From Candidatus Latescibacterota bacterium (GTDB lineage Bacteria > Latescibacterota > UBA2968 > UBA8231), in the NCBI GenBank assembly GCA_965217585.1, contig OZ244561.1, forward strand, positions 1,664,001 to 1,728,000: a DNA stretch of 64,000 nucleotides, given 5' to 3'. Positions 34,097-50,300 of the stretch are shown piece by piece. Below the pieces are notes generated by a model, which saw only the letters and a list, made by a program, of their open reading frames with translations, was not told the origin of the DNA and made no database searches. The position numbers were made by a program, and so were the translations under genes. Numbering within the stretch: the first letter of the stretch is position 1; every line of letters starts with the position of its first letter.

Positions 34097-36223
34097 TCAG
34101 ATCATGCCGCTGCGCTTGCGCCCAAACCACTCGACAGCCAACAGGGCAATGGCCAACAGCGCGGGCCACAGCGGCCCCCACAGCGGCAGGACCTCGGCCT
34201 TCTCGACCCAGCGCTTGCGCGGCGCGAGCTGTTTTAGCATGTCCTCCCAGTCTGCGAGCGGATAGGCGCGGCCACCACTGGCGCGGGCCATCTCGCCCAA
34301 GAGCAACGGGTCGGTGCGCAAATCCCCAAGCTCAATGCTGTACTCTTCGACGACAAAGCGGCCCGTAACCGCGCCCACTGCGGCCCGGACCTCGTATTCA
34401 TACGTGCCGGGGGCCAGCCCACTAGCGACGCCTCGGTAGTACCCGGCTCCTTGTGATTGCAGGTCGAACGCTTCCCGCCCAGCCAGCGCGACCTGCACCG
34501 TTGCCCCCGACTGCGGCTTCAGCAGCTCGTCAAAGACCTGCACCGCGAAAACCACTTCCTCGCCCGCCCGGTACACGGGTCGCTCGGTCGAGGCGCGGAC
34601 CCGCCCGCCCGGGGCGTCGAGTGCGAGCCACTTGGTGGCGTCGCGCCAGAACGTCCGAATGGTCTGCGGCCGGCCATCGACGCCGCTGCTCATTAGGTCG
34701 AGCCGCCAAAAAGACGCGGACAGGGCCGCGATGACCTTGCCCTCGCCATACGCGCCCGCCGTTATGACCGGCTCGCCGCCTAAGCTCTCGACCAGCACGG
34801 TGGTACCCGGCCGCTGCTGCGCCGTGCGAAAGTAGCCCGGCAGCGGCGGCAACCGAGGCCACGGATCGTCCGCGCCCGCGGGCGGGCGCACAACAGGATG
34901 ACGCCGCCCGCCCGCGCTGAGCCGCAACAAGACCTCGTCCGGCACAAAGGGCACTGGGCCGGCCACCTGAAGCGGCATGAGTGCGGCCAGCGGCGAGTCG
35001 GCCCGCCAAGCCCGCGCCATCTTGGGGCCACCGACCACGAGCAAACCGGCACCGGTGTACACGTGCTGGACCAACGCGGCGGCGGGCGGGCCGTTGAGCA
35101 GCCACGCGCCCGGATTCACCAGCAGCACCACGTCCCGGTCCTGCAAAACAGCCGGACTCCACGCGCCGCCGTAGAACGCGTCCGGCTCCCGCTGAATCAG
35201 GACCTCGACGACCCAACTCGAATCCGCGCTTAAACTGCGGCGCAAAAAGGCCAGATCCTCGCTAGGGCCTCCGGCTAGTAACAGCACCCGCGGGCGCCCT
35301 GCGAGAATGTGGGTAAACGCGAGTGCCTCGTTGTCAGCCGTCGCGAATTCCCCGGCCACGGGCGCGACGACCACGCGAAAAATGCGTGGCCCAGCCTGCT
35401 GGGGAGTCACCGCAAACGAGACGCTCTGTACCTGTCCATCGCTGTCCAACAGCAGGGATTGTCTCTGGAGCAACCGCTCGCCCTCGTAGAGTTGGACCTC
35501 CACGCGCTGCCCTTCGTACCCCCAACTCCGCACCTTGGCGTCGATTTGCTGGCTCTGACCGACGTATCCGGTCTCAGGCGTGCGCACATCCACGAGCTGA
35601 ACATCGACGGGCACCTCCGCGCCCCCTACGCCGAGCGCGTACACGGGTACTCCCAGTTCCGCGCTCAGTTGCACCGGGTCGCGGCCTAGGTTGTGGCCCC
35701 CGTCGGAAAATAGGACCACGCCTTGCACGCGCTCCCGCTCGGAGACCGCCTCCAAGCTAACGGCGAGGGCGCGGCCTATATTGGTTGCCTGACCACACGT
35801 GCTTGCGGTCGCGACCGTATCGAGAGCGAGCGGATACGCGGACTCGGCAAATCCCCAAGCGCGGACTTCCGCCTGCTGCAAGCGCGCCGACCAACGCTCG
35901 TCGCCCAGTACGGCCCCGGCCTGTTGCAGGCGCGTGAAAGGCCCCTCGGCCACCCTCATGCTCGGGCTTGTATCGACCAACACCAGCACCAGCGGCCGAA
36001 CGACCTGCTGGTGCCACCACGTCAAAACCGGCTCGCACAACACCATGGCCAGCAAGGCCACGGCCGCGGCGCGCAAAACCACGAGCACCATGCGGCGCTT
36101 GGGCTCAACATCCGGGTACGTCCGCTGATATACCCAATAAATGAATGCGAATAGGAAGGGCAGCAGGACGAGGAATACGCGGGGTCCCGCTAGCTGGAAA
36201 TGGCTATCCGACCACTCAGACAC
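34097..36223 (-). CDS. Membrane protein with vWA, Ig-like and glutamine-amidotransferase-like domains
   Basis: MIDAS DTSPSM, TNIG, LFSDG; GAGLLVVGG; C-terminal LAVEWFGRKR.G. Confidence 0.75.
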   Translation of the reverse strand: MSEWSDSHFQLAGPRVFLVLLPFLFAFIYWVYQRTYPDVEPKRRMVLVVLRAAAVALLAMVLCEPVLTWWHQQVVRPLVLVLVDTSPSMRVAEGPFTRLQQAGAVLGDERWSARLQQAEVRAWGFAESAYPLALDTVATASTCGQATNIGRALAVSLEAVSERERVQGVVLFSDGGHNLGRDPVQLSAELGVPVYALGVGGAEVPVDVQLVDVRTPETGYVGQSQQIDAKVRSWGYEGQRVEVQLYEGERLLQRQSLLLDSDGQVQSVSFAVTPQQAGPRIFRVVVAPVAGEFATADNEALAFTHILAGRPRVLLLAGGPSEDLAFLRRSLSADSSWVVEVLIQREPDAFYGGAWSPAVLQDRDVVLLVNPGAWLLNGPPAAALVQHVYTGAGLLVVGGPKMARAWRADSPLAALMPLQVAGPVPFVPDEVLLRLSAGGRRHPVVRPPAGADDPWPRLPPLPGYFRTAQQRPGTTVLVESLGGEPVITAGAYGEGKVIAALSASFWRLDLMSSGVDGRPQTIRTFWRDATKWLALDAPGGRVRASTERPVYRAGEEVVFAVQVFDELLKPQSGATVQVALAGREAFDLQSQGAGYYRGVASGLAPGTYEYEVRAAVGAVTGRFVVEEYSIELGDLRTDPLLLGEMARASGGRAYPLADWEDMLKQLAPRKRWVEKAEVLPLWGPLWPALLAIALLAVEWFGRKRSGMI

Positions 36224-37226
36224 GCCAACTCAGGCGGGGGGCGGCGTCCACATCGAGACTGTCGCAGACACCGCGGCTGAGGTAGAAGGCCCCAACGGCC
36301 CCCACCATGGCGGCATTATCCGTACACAAATCGTACGCCGGGCAATGGAACGACAGGCCACGGTGCTCGACCGCGGCGCGCAGGCACTGGCGCAGACGCT
36401 GGTTGGCGGCAACGCCGCCTGCGAGGCAAACGGTCGCAACGTCTGCGCGATCCAAAGCCAACAGGGTCTTGGCGACTAAGGCATCCACCACCGCTTCTTG
36501 GAAGCTGGCGGCAATATGGGCGAGCTGCTGCGTGCGCGCTGGCGGAGTAAGCGAGCGCACGTAGTGCAACACCGCGGTTTTTAGGCCGCTGAAGCTGAAG
36601 TCCATCTCGTCCACGAGGGCGCGGGGGAAGTCAATGGCCTCGGGATCGCCGGCGGCGGCCAACTCGGCGATGAGCCGTCCGCCCGCCACGGCCCCCTCCC
36701 CGGGCAGGAGACCCAGCAGCTTGGCGACCTTGTCAAATGCCTCGCCGGCCGCGTCGTCGCGCGTGCGGCCCAGCACCTTGTATGAGCCGAGTGCGCGCAC
36801 CAAGATCAACTCGGTGTGCCCGCCCGACACCAGCAGCGTCAGGAAGGGGACCTCGACCTGCGCGGCGACCAAGTTGGAAAACACATGGGCCTCCAAATGG
36901 TGGACGCCTACCAGCGGCTTGTTGCGCGCCAACGCCAACCCCTTGGCCAGCGACAGTCCCACGATCAACGATCCGACCAAGCCCGGCCCTCGCGTCGCCG
37001 CTACTCCATCCACTTCTTCCCACCCAATGCCCGCGGTCGCCAGGGCCTGCCGTACGACCGGCACCAACGCGCGCATATGGGCGCGCGAGGCCAGCTCGGG
37101 CACCACGCCCCCGTATGGCGCGTGATCTTGTTGCGAGAAGATGATATTGGAATGCACGGTGTACGACTCATCGACGACCGCCGCGGCCGTCTCATCGCAG
37201 GAGGTTTCCAGCCCCAGCACCAACAT
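36216..37226 (-). CDS. tsaD: tRNA t6A37 transferase TsaD
   Basis: LETSCDETA, GGVVPELASRAH, HHLEAH, DDAAGEAFDK, FSFSGLKT, TDNAAM. Confidence 0.96.
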   Translation of the reverse strand: MLVLGLETSCDETAAAVVDESYTVHSNIIFSQQDHAPYGGVVPELASRAHMRALVPVVRQALATAGIGWEEVDGVAATRGPGLVGSLIVGLSLAKGLALARNKPLVGVHHLEAHVFSNLVAAQVEVPFLTLLVSGGHTELILVRALGSYKVLGRTRDDAAGEAFDKVAKLLGLLPGEGAVAGGRLIAELAAAGDPEAIDFPRALVDEMDFSFSGLKTAVLHYVRSLTPPARTQQLAHIAASFQEAVVDALVAKTLLALDRADVATVCLAGGVAANQRLRQCLRAAVEHRGLSFHCPAYDLCTDNAAMVGAVGAFYLSRGVCDSLDVDAAPRLSWRV

Positions 37227-37227
37227 C

Positions 37228-38190
37228 CTAATAACTCACCAAATCGACGTATGCCGGCGCGATCTGGCGCACCTCGAAAATCGGCATCTCCGGGCTGCGC
37301 ACCGGCAGTGCACTCCCCTGATATTCGGCGTAATCCACGTACAGCTCTATGTCGCGGGCTGGGTCGAGCTGGGCGATCACGCTAACTCCGCCGCGCACCT
37401 TGACTTGGGCGGTAGCCGGCTCGGGCCGCAGGCGCGCCTCACCGACATGGCGCACAGTTATCGGCACCCCGATTAAATCGTCCTCGGCCAACATTTGCAC
37501 GGTGGCGCGCACGCGCACGGCCTCGGGCACGAACGCGAGTTGCGTGTGCTCGGGATGCCGCAAGGACCACTCCACATCCACGTCTTCCCTGACATCCCGC
37601 AAAACCAGCGAATCCGTCTCCACATAACGCAATGCTGCGACCTGCTGCTGAGGACCGATCACCCGGACGAGCGCGGGATCGGCTCGCTCCAGCGTCACCT
37701 GTACGTGGGCGGCAGCCACTTCTATACTCGCTTGCACCCGCACCGGCACGTCCCGTTCCATCCTCGGCGCTAGGGCGATTGCAATTTCTTTTGGTTCGAG
37801 GATTTCCTTGACTTCGACGTCCAAGTCGGCCACCCGTTTGGTGATTTGGGAAGGAGTCAAGCGGTGAATCCGGCTCTTGCCTTCGGCCCGCAGCCTTAGG
37901 ACAAAGGAATCGTCGTCCAAGTCAAACAGCAGGTCCTTGCCCCCCCCAGTGACCAAGACGCGGACCGTGGAAGGCACTTCACTAGCCAGCACCATATCCC
38001 CGTCTACGCCCTCGCCCGGCGGAGGGACTTCGATCCAGAGGCGAACTGCAATTTCTTTATCGTAGTACTTCTCTGTAACCGCGTGAAGCCACAACGCAAA
38101 AGATAAGATCAGTGCGCCAGCCCTGATTCCCCAACTGCTTATACTGATGTTGGCCAACAATGGACCCCATAAGAAGAAGAGGCTCCGCAA
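37228..38190 (-). CDS. YbbR/CdaR-like domain protein
   Basis: N-terminal TM followed by repeated P..V.V.V.G modules; start uncertain. Confidence 0.65.
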   Translation of the reverse strand: MRSLFFLWGPLLANISISSWGIRAGALILSFALWLHAVTEKYYDKEIAVRLWIEVPPPGEGVDGDMVLASEVPSTVRVLVTGGGKDLLFDLDDDSFVLRLRAEGKSRIHRLTPSQITKRVADLDVEVKEILEPKEIAIALAPRMERDVPVRVQASIEVAAAHVQVTLERADPALVRVIGPQQQVAALRYVETDSLVLRDVREDVDVEWSLRHPEHTQLAFVPEAVRVRATVQMLAEDDLIGVPITVRHVGEARLRPEPATAQVKVRGGVSVIAQLDPARDIELYVDYAEYQGSALPVRSPEMPIFEVRQIAPAYVDLVSY

Positions 38191-38252
38191 AAGGGGGCCT
38201 CTTCTCGTGATCTACTACTTTTACCGCGTGCCAAAGGCGGAGACGGGACAGC

Positions 38253-38447
38253 TTACTTAAACGACTTCTTGAGTTCCTCGCCAATACTCAACTCGCCGTT
38301 GTCTATTCTCATGTGGTATCCGCAACTTGGATTCGTGCAGACCCATGCTTTGTAGTGAATGGCCGCGCCATCTCTTCCATAGTCGGAAAGCGGAATTAAA
38401 ACGCCTTCTTTGCACTTCAAACACTCAGGAAAATTAACCTTTTCCAT
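38253..38447 (-). CDS. 64-aa Zn-ribbon-like conserved hypothetical protein
   Basis: CLKC...WVCTNPSC; strong SD GGGAGGG and its own promoter. Confidence 0.8.
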   Translation of the reverse strand: MEKVNFPECLKCKEGVLIPLSDYGRDGAAIHYKAWVCTNPSCGYHMRIDNGELSIGEELKKSFK

Positions 38448-38501
38448 CCGACCCTCCCTTCCGGTTTTAGCGTGCGGCCACTAGGGGCCACACTTTCATT
38501 C

Positions 38502-38530
38502 AATGTACTCGTGCCGCCCTACTATGTCAA
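38502..38530 (-). promoter_or_regulatory. sigma70 promoter for the Zn-ribbon gene
   Basis: TTGACA, 17-nt spacer, TACATT. Confidence 0.7.
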
Positions 38531-38545
38531 TTACAACGGGGGGGA

Positions 38546-39016
38546 TCACATTTGCCCAAGATGCGCGGCATATTCATATACGGCTCGCTCTTGGGCGGCC
38601 GTTTCCACCGAGCCGGGGCGCAGGTTGCGCACCTGTGTCAGGGCGTCCGCCGAGCTGCTGCCCATCCTTACCAAATAACTCGCCAACATCGTGCCCGTGC
38701 GCCCCAACCCCGCGCTGCAATGGACCATCACGGGCCGTCCTTGCTCGACCGCTTCGTCAACAAATTGGATAAACGCCCTTATATCCCCGAGTGAAGGCGG
38801 CTGCATATCCTGTATGGGCAAGTGCAAATACGCTATATCTCGCGCCTTCACCTCGCCCGCCTGCAGGGCATTGGCGGTCAGTGACACAATCGCCTTTACG
38901 CCCTGCGCCGACAGCACATCGAGATCGTCCTCTAGCCGCTCGCCTCCCTCCCAACCACCAATCTGCCCAGCACCGGCTAACCGACCTTCTAACAACCAAC
39001 CAAAATTGAACACCAT
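38546..39016 (-). CDS. Dual-specificity protein phosphatase
   Basis: HLPIQDMQPP general-acid loop, VHCSAGLGRTG, RPGSVET..Q; start at ATG 39016. Confidence 0.88.
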   Translation of the reverse strand: MVFNFGWLLEGRLAGAGQIGGWEGGERLEDDLDVLSAQGVKAIVSLTANALQAGEVKARDIAYLHLPIQDMQPPSLGDIRAFIQFVDEAVEQGRPVMVHCSAGLGRTGTMLASYLVRMGSSSADALTQVRNLRPGSVETAAQERAVYEYAAHLGQM

Positions 39017-39017
39017 A

Positions 39018-39458
39018 CTAGCTGCCTTCGTAGGCCGCTTGCGGCCCTTCAACCCAGCTCTCACCCCCGACCCCCACCTCCTTCTTCCATATCGGCACGA
39101 TCTGCTTAAGCCGATCAATGGCGTACTGACACGCGGCCAGCGCCTCGGCCCGATGGGGGCTAGCGACGGCAATTAACACGCTGATCTCCCCGATTTCGAG
39201 CTTCCCCACGCGGTGAATCATCGCGACATCCACGACGCCCCATCGCGCTTTCATCTCGTCGCCAATCGCCGCCATCTTCTTCTCGGCCATAGCCGGATAC
39301 GCTTCGTACACCAAGTAATCGGTTTGCTTGTCCCCAGAGTGATTGCGCACCACCCCGGCAAACGTGGCCACTGCGCCATTTTCATCGCGCACCACCCCGG
39401 CAAACAAATCGCTGGGTTCGATTGGGTCTTCAGTAATTTTGAACACATCAGCCCCCAC
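39018..39458 (-). CDS. moaE: Molybdopterin synthase catalytic subunit
   Basis: GAVATFAGVVR, YEAYPAMA, HRVG, SPHR, VPIWKKE. Confidence 0.93.
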   Translation of the reverse strand: MGADVFKITEDPIEPSDLFAGVVRDENGAVATFAGVVRNHSGDKQTDYLVYEAYPAMAEKKMAAIGDEMKARWGVVDVAMIHRVGKLEIGEISVLIAVASPHRAEALAACQYAIDRLKQIVPIWKKEVGVGGESWVEGPQAAYEGS

Positions 39459-39693
39459 TTACAGGCGGAATAAGAGCCACCTCGTCGCCCGCTTTTAACA
39501 CGGTATGGCTCCCCGCGTATTCGGAATTGACCGCAATCGACAACACCTGCTGCACCGCGGCCAGTTGCGGATACGCGGCCACCAGCTCGCGCTGCAAATC
39601 CGCGACCCGGTAGCCTTCCGCAATCTCCCAGTCGCAGCTTTTGTGGCCGACTGCATCGCGGCAGGAAGCAAAAAATAAAACCTTGATTTTCAT
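39448..39693 (-). CDS. moaD: Molybdopterin synthase sulfur carrier
   Basis: MKIKVLFFA...AVN.EY...GDEVALIPPVSGG; start at ATG 39693. Confidence 0.93.
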   Translation of the reverse strand: MKIKVLFFASCRDAVGHKSCDWEIAEGYRVADLQRELVAAYPQLAAVQQVLSIAVNSEYAGSHTVLKAGDEVALIPPVSGG

Positions 39694-39737
39694 ATCCACG
39701 CGCAATAACGCCGCGGCCTTGCGCAACGGGCCGCGGC

Positions 39738-39781
39738 GAAAAAAAGGAAATGGGACCCTTTTGAGGCCCCATTTCACTAAC
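39738..39781 (-). terminator. Terminator hairpin, copy 1 of a duplicated element
   Basis: GAAATGGGGCC...GGTCCCATTTC followed by CTTTTTTTT on the minus strand. Confidence 0.75.
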
Positions 39782-39810
39782 TGATTACTGCTGTTGTCCC
39801 GCTGAGGCAA

Positions 39811-41874
39811 CTACCTTAGCAGCACCATCTTGTGCTTGGCTACGTAGTCACCGGCATGGAGCAAGTAGAAATACATGCCGCTGGCGACGCCAACGCCGCT
39901 TTCGTTCCGGCCATCCCACACAGCCTGGTACTGACCTGCGGCCAACGACTCGCCATCAACCAGCTTGCGCACGACCTGACCCATGATATTGTAAACCGTC
40001 AGGGAGACGATAGCATCACTGCTCAGATCGTAGCGGATCGTCGTTTCCGGATTAAACGGGTTGGGATAGTTCTGACTCAGCGAATTGGCCAAAGGCACGG
40101 CGGCTAGCGGCTTGGCAGCAGCCCAAGCCGCGCTGAAGTCAACCGCCAAGTCGAGGGTCTTGCCGGCAGCATTCTCAGTGGGGGTACTCGCCGTAATGCT
40201 GAGGAAAGACACGACCTCGGCGTCAACCTCAATCGACGAATTGCCGTCGGCATCGGTCGTATTGCGCACGAACGCGCTACCATGGGAGGGAATCGTGCCA
40301 ATACCGAGCACGGACACCGACTGTGCGCTCCGGTTATACACGTCCCACAAGATGGTCTGACCCTCGCCCGGATCGCCCCAGAGATCGGTGAAATTGACCG
40401 AGTACTGGATCTCGCCGGGACTGCTGTCATCGACCGCGCCCGCGTCGGCTCCAGAAATCAACGCGTTGCCAACCAGCCGCGCGGTAGCCACCAGCACCGG
40501 ATCCGGCCGGTTGAGGTGCATGCTGCGATTCAACAACTCGGCATCCAAGTAATCGCGCATGCCGGACGACGGGCCGAGGGACACGCTGTGGACCACAATA
40601 TCCGCCTCCATCTCCTCGGTAAAGTTGTCCGACGTGACCAGGGTGAAGGTCCCCAGATCGGCATCGCCATCTACGGCCTCGCTAAGAACGACTGCGCCAC
40701 CCCGCACCTGATTCCCGGAGACTTCCACGCCCGGACCCGCCAGCCTAAACGCACTAGAACCCGCAAACGTGGTGGCCTCCAGATCGAAGGCCTCGGCGGG
40801 CGACACCGTCACGGTGACCGCAACCTGCTTCACGCCGACTAACCCGGCCGCCGACAGCACGACTGGGATTTTCGCACCCCCACCCGCGACTAACTCGTTG
40901 AGGGCCTTGTCATCGCTATTCAGGGAGACCCCCGAGACGAAGATCAACTGGTCGGCATCCGGCACCGCCCAAGTGGCGTTGAAATCAACCGCCAAGTCGC
41001 GGGACTCACCGGCCGAATTCCCAGCGATGGTGCGCGCCCGAACTTCGAGCGAAGTCGCAGCAGCCTTTACGTTGCCTTCGGAGTCAAACTTAATCGCCGC
41101 ATCGCCGGCCCCATCGGTCACATTCCGCAGGCATACATACACCCCGGAGGGAACCTCGCCGACACCGAGCAGATAGACCGACTTAGAGCCGGTATTGGTG
41201 ATGTCCCAAGCAACGGGCTGGCCCTTGGTGGGGCTGCCCTTATGGTCGGCGAAATTAACCGAGAACTCGAGCTCGCCGGGGCTGCCATCAGCGACCGCAC
41301 CCGTGCCAATCGCGGAATAGGCCGGATTAGCAGCAAGCGGCGAGATGGCCGACAGCGTCGGCTCGAACACTGGCTGGTTGACGATCACGAAAAGCCCCAA
41401 CGCCTCGGCGTCAAAGACATCCCGATCCACAGACGACGCCCCGATGGACGCACTGCTCACCATAATAGCGGCAGAGAAATCCCGGCTAAAACTACTCGAC
41501 GTCGTGAGGGTAAAAACACCCAAAGCACCATCGCCATCTACCGGCTCGCCGAGGGCAGCCACACCGCTTTTGATCTGCCCGTCCCCTAACAATTCCACGC
41601 CAGGCGAAAAACCAAAAGCAGGGGTAAACATCGTCGCCGCTAGATCGAAGGCATCAGCGGGCGAGACCGTCAGGGTAATTTCAACCTGCGTTACCCCGAC
41701 CATCCCAGCAGCCGACAGTGCCACCTGAACTTGTTCACCAGTACCGGCGGATGCATACTCCCCACTGTCCAGCGAAACGACAACATTCGCGTTATCCCCG
41801 GCGACAGCGGCGCCACAGACTGCGAGCAACAGGGCGACGGCAAGAGGAAACATCTTGCGCACGCTGTTCTGCAT
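39811..41874 (-). CDS. Secreted protein with two cohesin-like/Ig-like module pairs and a FlgD/T9SS-type C-terminal domain
   Basis: Signal peptide; internal duplication of about 280 aa (LSAAG.VGV.QV...VSPA.AFDL; D.SPGE..SVNF.D; DLAVDF.A.WA); QNYPNPFNPETTIRY...ASGMYFY. Confidence 0.8.
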   Translation of the reverse strand: MQNSVRKMFPLAVALLLAVCGAAVAGDNANVVVSLDSGEYASAGTGEQVQVALSAAGMVGVTQVEITLTVSPADAFDLAATMFTPAFGFSPGVELLGDGQIKSGVAALGEPVDGDGALGVFTLTTSSSFSRDFSAAIMVSSASIGASSVDRDVFDAEALGLFVIVNQPVFEPTLSAISPLAANPAYSAIGTGAVADGSPGELEFSVNFADHKGSPTKGQPVAWDITNTGSKSVYLLGVGEVPSGVYVCLRNVTDGAGDAAIKFDSEGNVKAAATSLEVRARTIAGNSAGESRDLAVDFNATWAVPDADQLIFVSGVSLNSDDKALNELVAGGGAKIPVVLSAAGLVGVKQVAVTVTVSPAEAFDLEATTFAGSSAFRLAGPGVEVSGNQVRGGAVVLSEAVDGDADLGTFTLVTSDNFTEEMEADIVVHSVSLGPSSGMRDYLDAELLNRSMHLNRPDPVLVATARLVGNALISGADAGAVDDSSPGEIQYSVNFTDLWGDPGEGQTILWDVYNRSAQSVSVLGIGTIPSHGSAFVRNTTDADGNSSIEVDAEVVSFLSITASTPTENAAGKTLDLAVDFSAAWAAAKPLAAVPLANSLSQNYPNPFNPETTIRYDLSSDAIVSLTVYNIMGQVVRKLVDGESLAAGQYQAVWDGRNESGVGVASGMYFYLLHAGDYVAKHKMVLLR

Positions 41875-41910
41875 GGTTGCTTCTCCTTCTATTTATAAAC
41901 CTGTTTTATA

Positions 41911-41958
41911 TAGTGAAATGGGACCCCAATTTGAGGTTTGAGGTCCCATTTCACTAAC
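41911..41958. repeat. 15-bp perfect inverted repeat, copy 2 of the duplicated hairpin
   Basis: TAGTGAAATGGGACC-16nt-GGTCCCATTTCACTA; shares TTTGAGGYCCCATTTCACTAAC with 39760-39781. Confidence 0.8.
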
Positions 41959-41975
41959 GCGCTGTGCAGTGAGTG

Positions 41976-49226
<7,251 letters not shown>

Positions 49227-49390
49227 TACTCAACCTCCCCAGGGAACGTATCCCTGATTATGAAAGTGATATGAGAAGATGGATTTGCTTCAAACCCACT
49301 AAGAATTTGCGTTCTTGCGTATTTCATATGCCCCCTTTCGCGGCTTTTCCGTACATAACGCATAGCGCGTTCTCCTATACAATAGAGCTA

Positions 49391-49419
49391 ATAATACCGA
49401 GAAAAAATAGAAGTGTCAA
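49391..49419 (-). promoter_or_regulatory. sigma70 promoter of the giant surface-protein gene
   Basis: TTGACA, 17-nt spacer, TATTAT, with AT-rich DNA upstream. Confidence 0.75.
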
Positions 49420-49611
49420 GTATAAATTACCTTATTGAAACTATAGCCAAAAAAACCCTATCCCCCCTATAAAGCCTTCATTTAGGAAAGGCGCGCAGGC
49501 TGGCCAATGGCAAGCGGGAACGCTTACGTGAGTTGCAGAGCAGCTAGCAACAAACGGTTCGGGATTCAATTCGGGGTTCTGCCGCTGCATTGAAATTCTC
49601 CTGCCCATCGT

Positions 49612-50142
49612 TCATCCCTCTGGCTCGTACGATTCGGCATCCTCCGCCACCCGCTCCCCCGCATCCGTGCGCTCCACCCGATACGAGAGCCCGGCCCGAA
49701 TCGTCTCCAACATCCCATTCATCCGCGCCTGCTCCTGCTCCAGCCGACCCAGCCGCTCGGGCAGCGTCTCCAGCACCCCATTCATCCGCGCCTGCTCCTG
49801 CTCCTGCCGACCCAGCCGCTCTGAAAGCTGCGCCTGCCCCTCTTCTACGCGACCCAACCGCTCCGAAAGCGTCGCCAGCACCCCATTCATCCGCGCCTGT
49901 TCCTGCTCCTGCCGACCCAACTGCTTGGCCAGCGCATCCATCTTATTGTCCTGACGCGTCGCCAGCGCATCCTGCTTATCGTCCTGACGCGCCGCCAGTT
50001 TGTCCTGCCGTTCCACAAGTATCCGTAGGTCGGCGCGAATATCCCGCATGTCGGCGCGGATACTCCGCGCCGTAGCCAGCACTAGCCCCGCCAAGGCGAT
50101 ACCGACGGCTATAACAGTCCAAGCTATCGCGCCACTATCCAC
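49612..50142 (-). CDS. Single-TM coiled-coil protein with internal repeats
   Basis: N-terminal TM; three copies of LGR.EQEQARMNG.L.T and RQD repeats; SD GGAGG and GTG start. Confidence 0.75.
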   Translation of the reverse strand: MDSGAIAWTVIAVGIALAGLVLATARSIRADMRDIRADLRILVERQDKLAARQDDKQDALATRQDNKMDALAKQLGRQEQEQARMNGVLATLSERLGRVEEGQAQLSERLGRQEQEQARMNGVLETLPERLGRLEQEQARMNGMLETIRAGLSYRVERTDAGERVAEDAESYEPEG

Positions 50143-50300
50143 GAAAACGGCCCTCCGGTTTTATCCCAGTCAAACGCCCTTCACGCATTCCCTCAATTGA
50201 CCCCTTCATACGATCCTGCCGCTAGTACAGTTACGATACCCTCCATAGCAGGCACCTCCTCTAAGACCATCAGCAAATATCACCGACCCCCATCCCTATG

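Noticed and set aside
49300-49355. GAAA-capped stem in the giant-gene leader as a c-di-GMP-I riboswitch
   Set aside because: Lacks the GGCAAACC/GGGACGCAAAGC consensus and a second stem; an Rfam scan would be needed to revive it.
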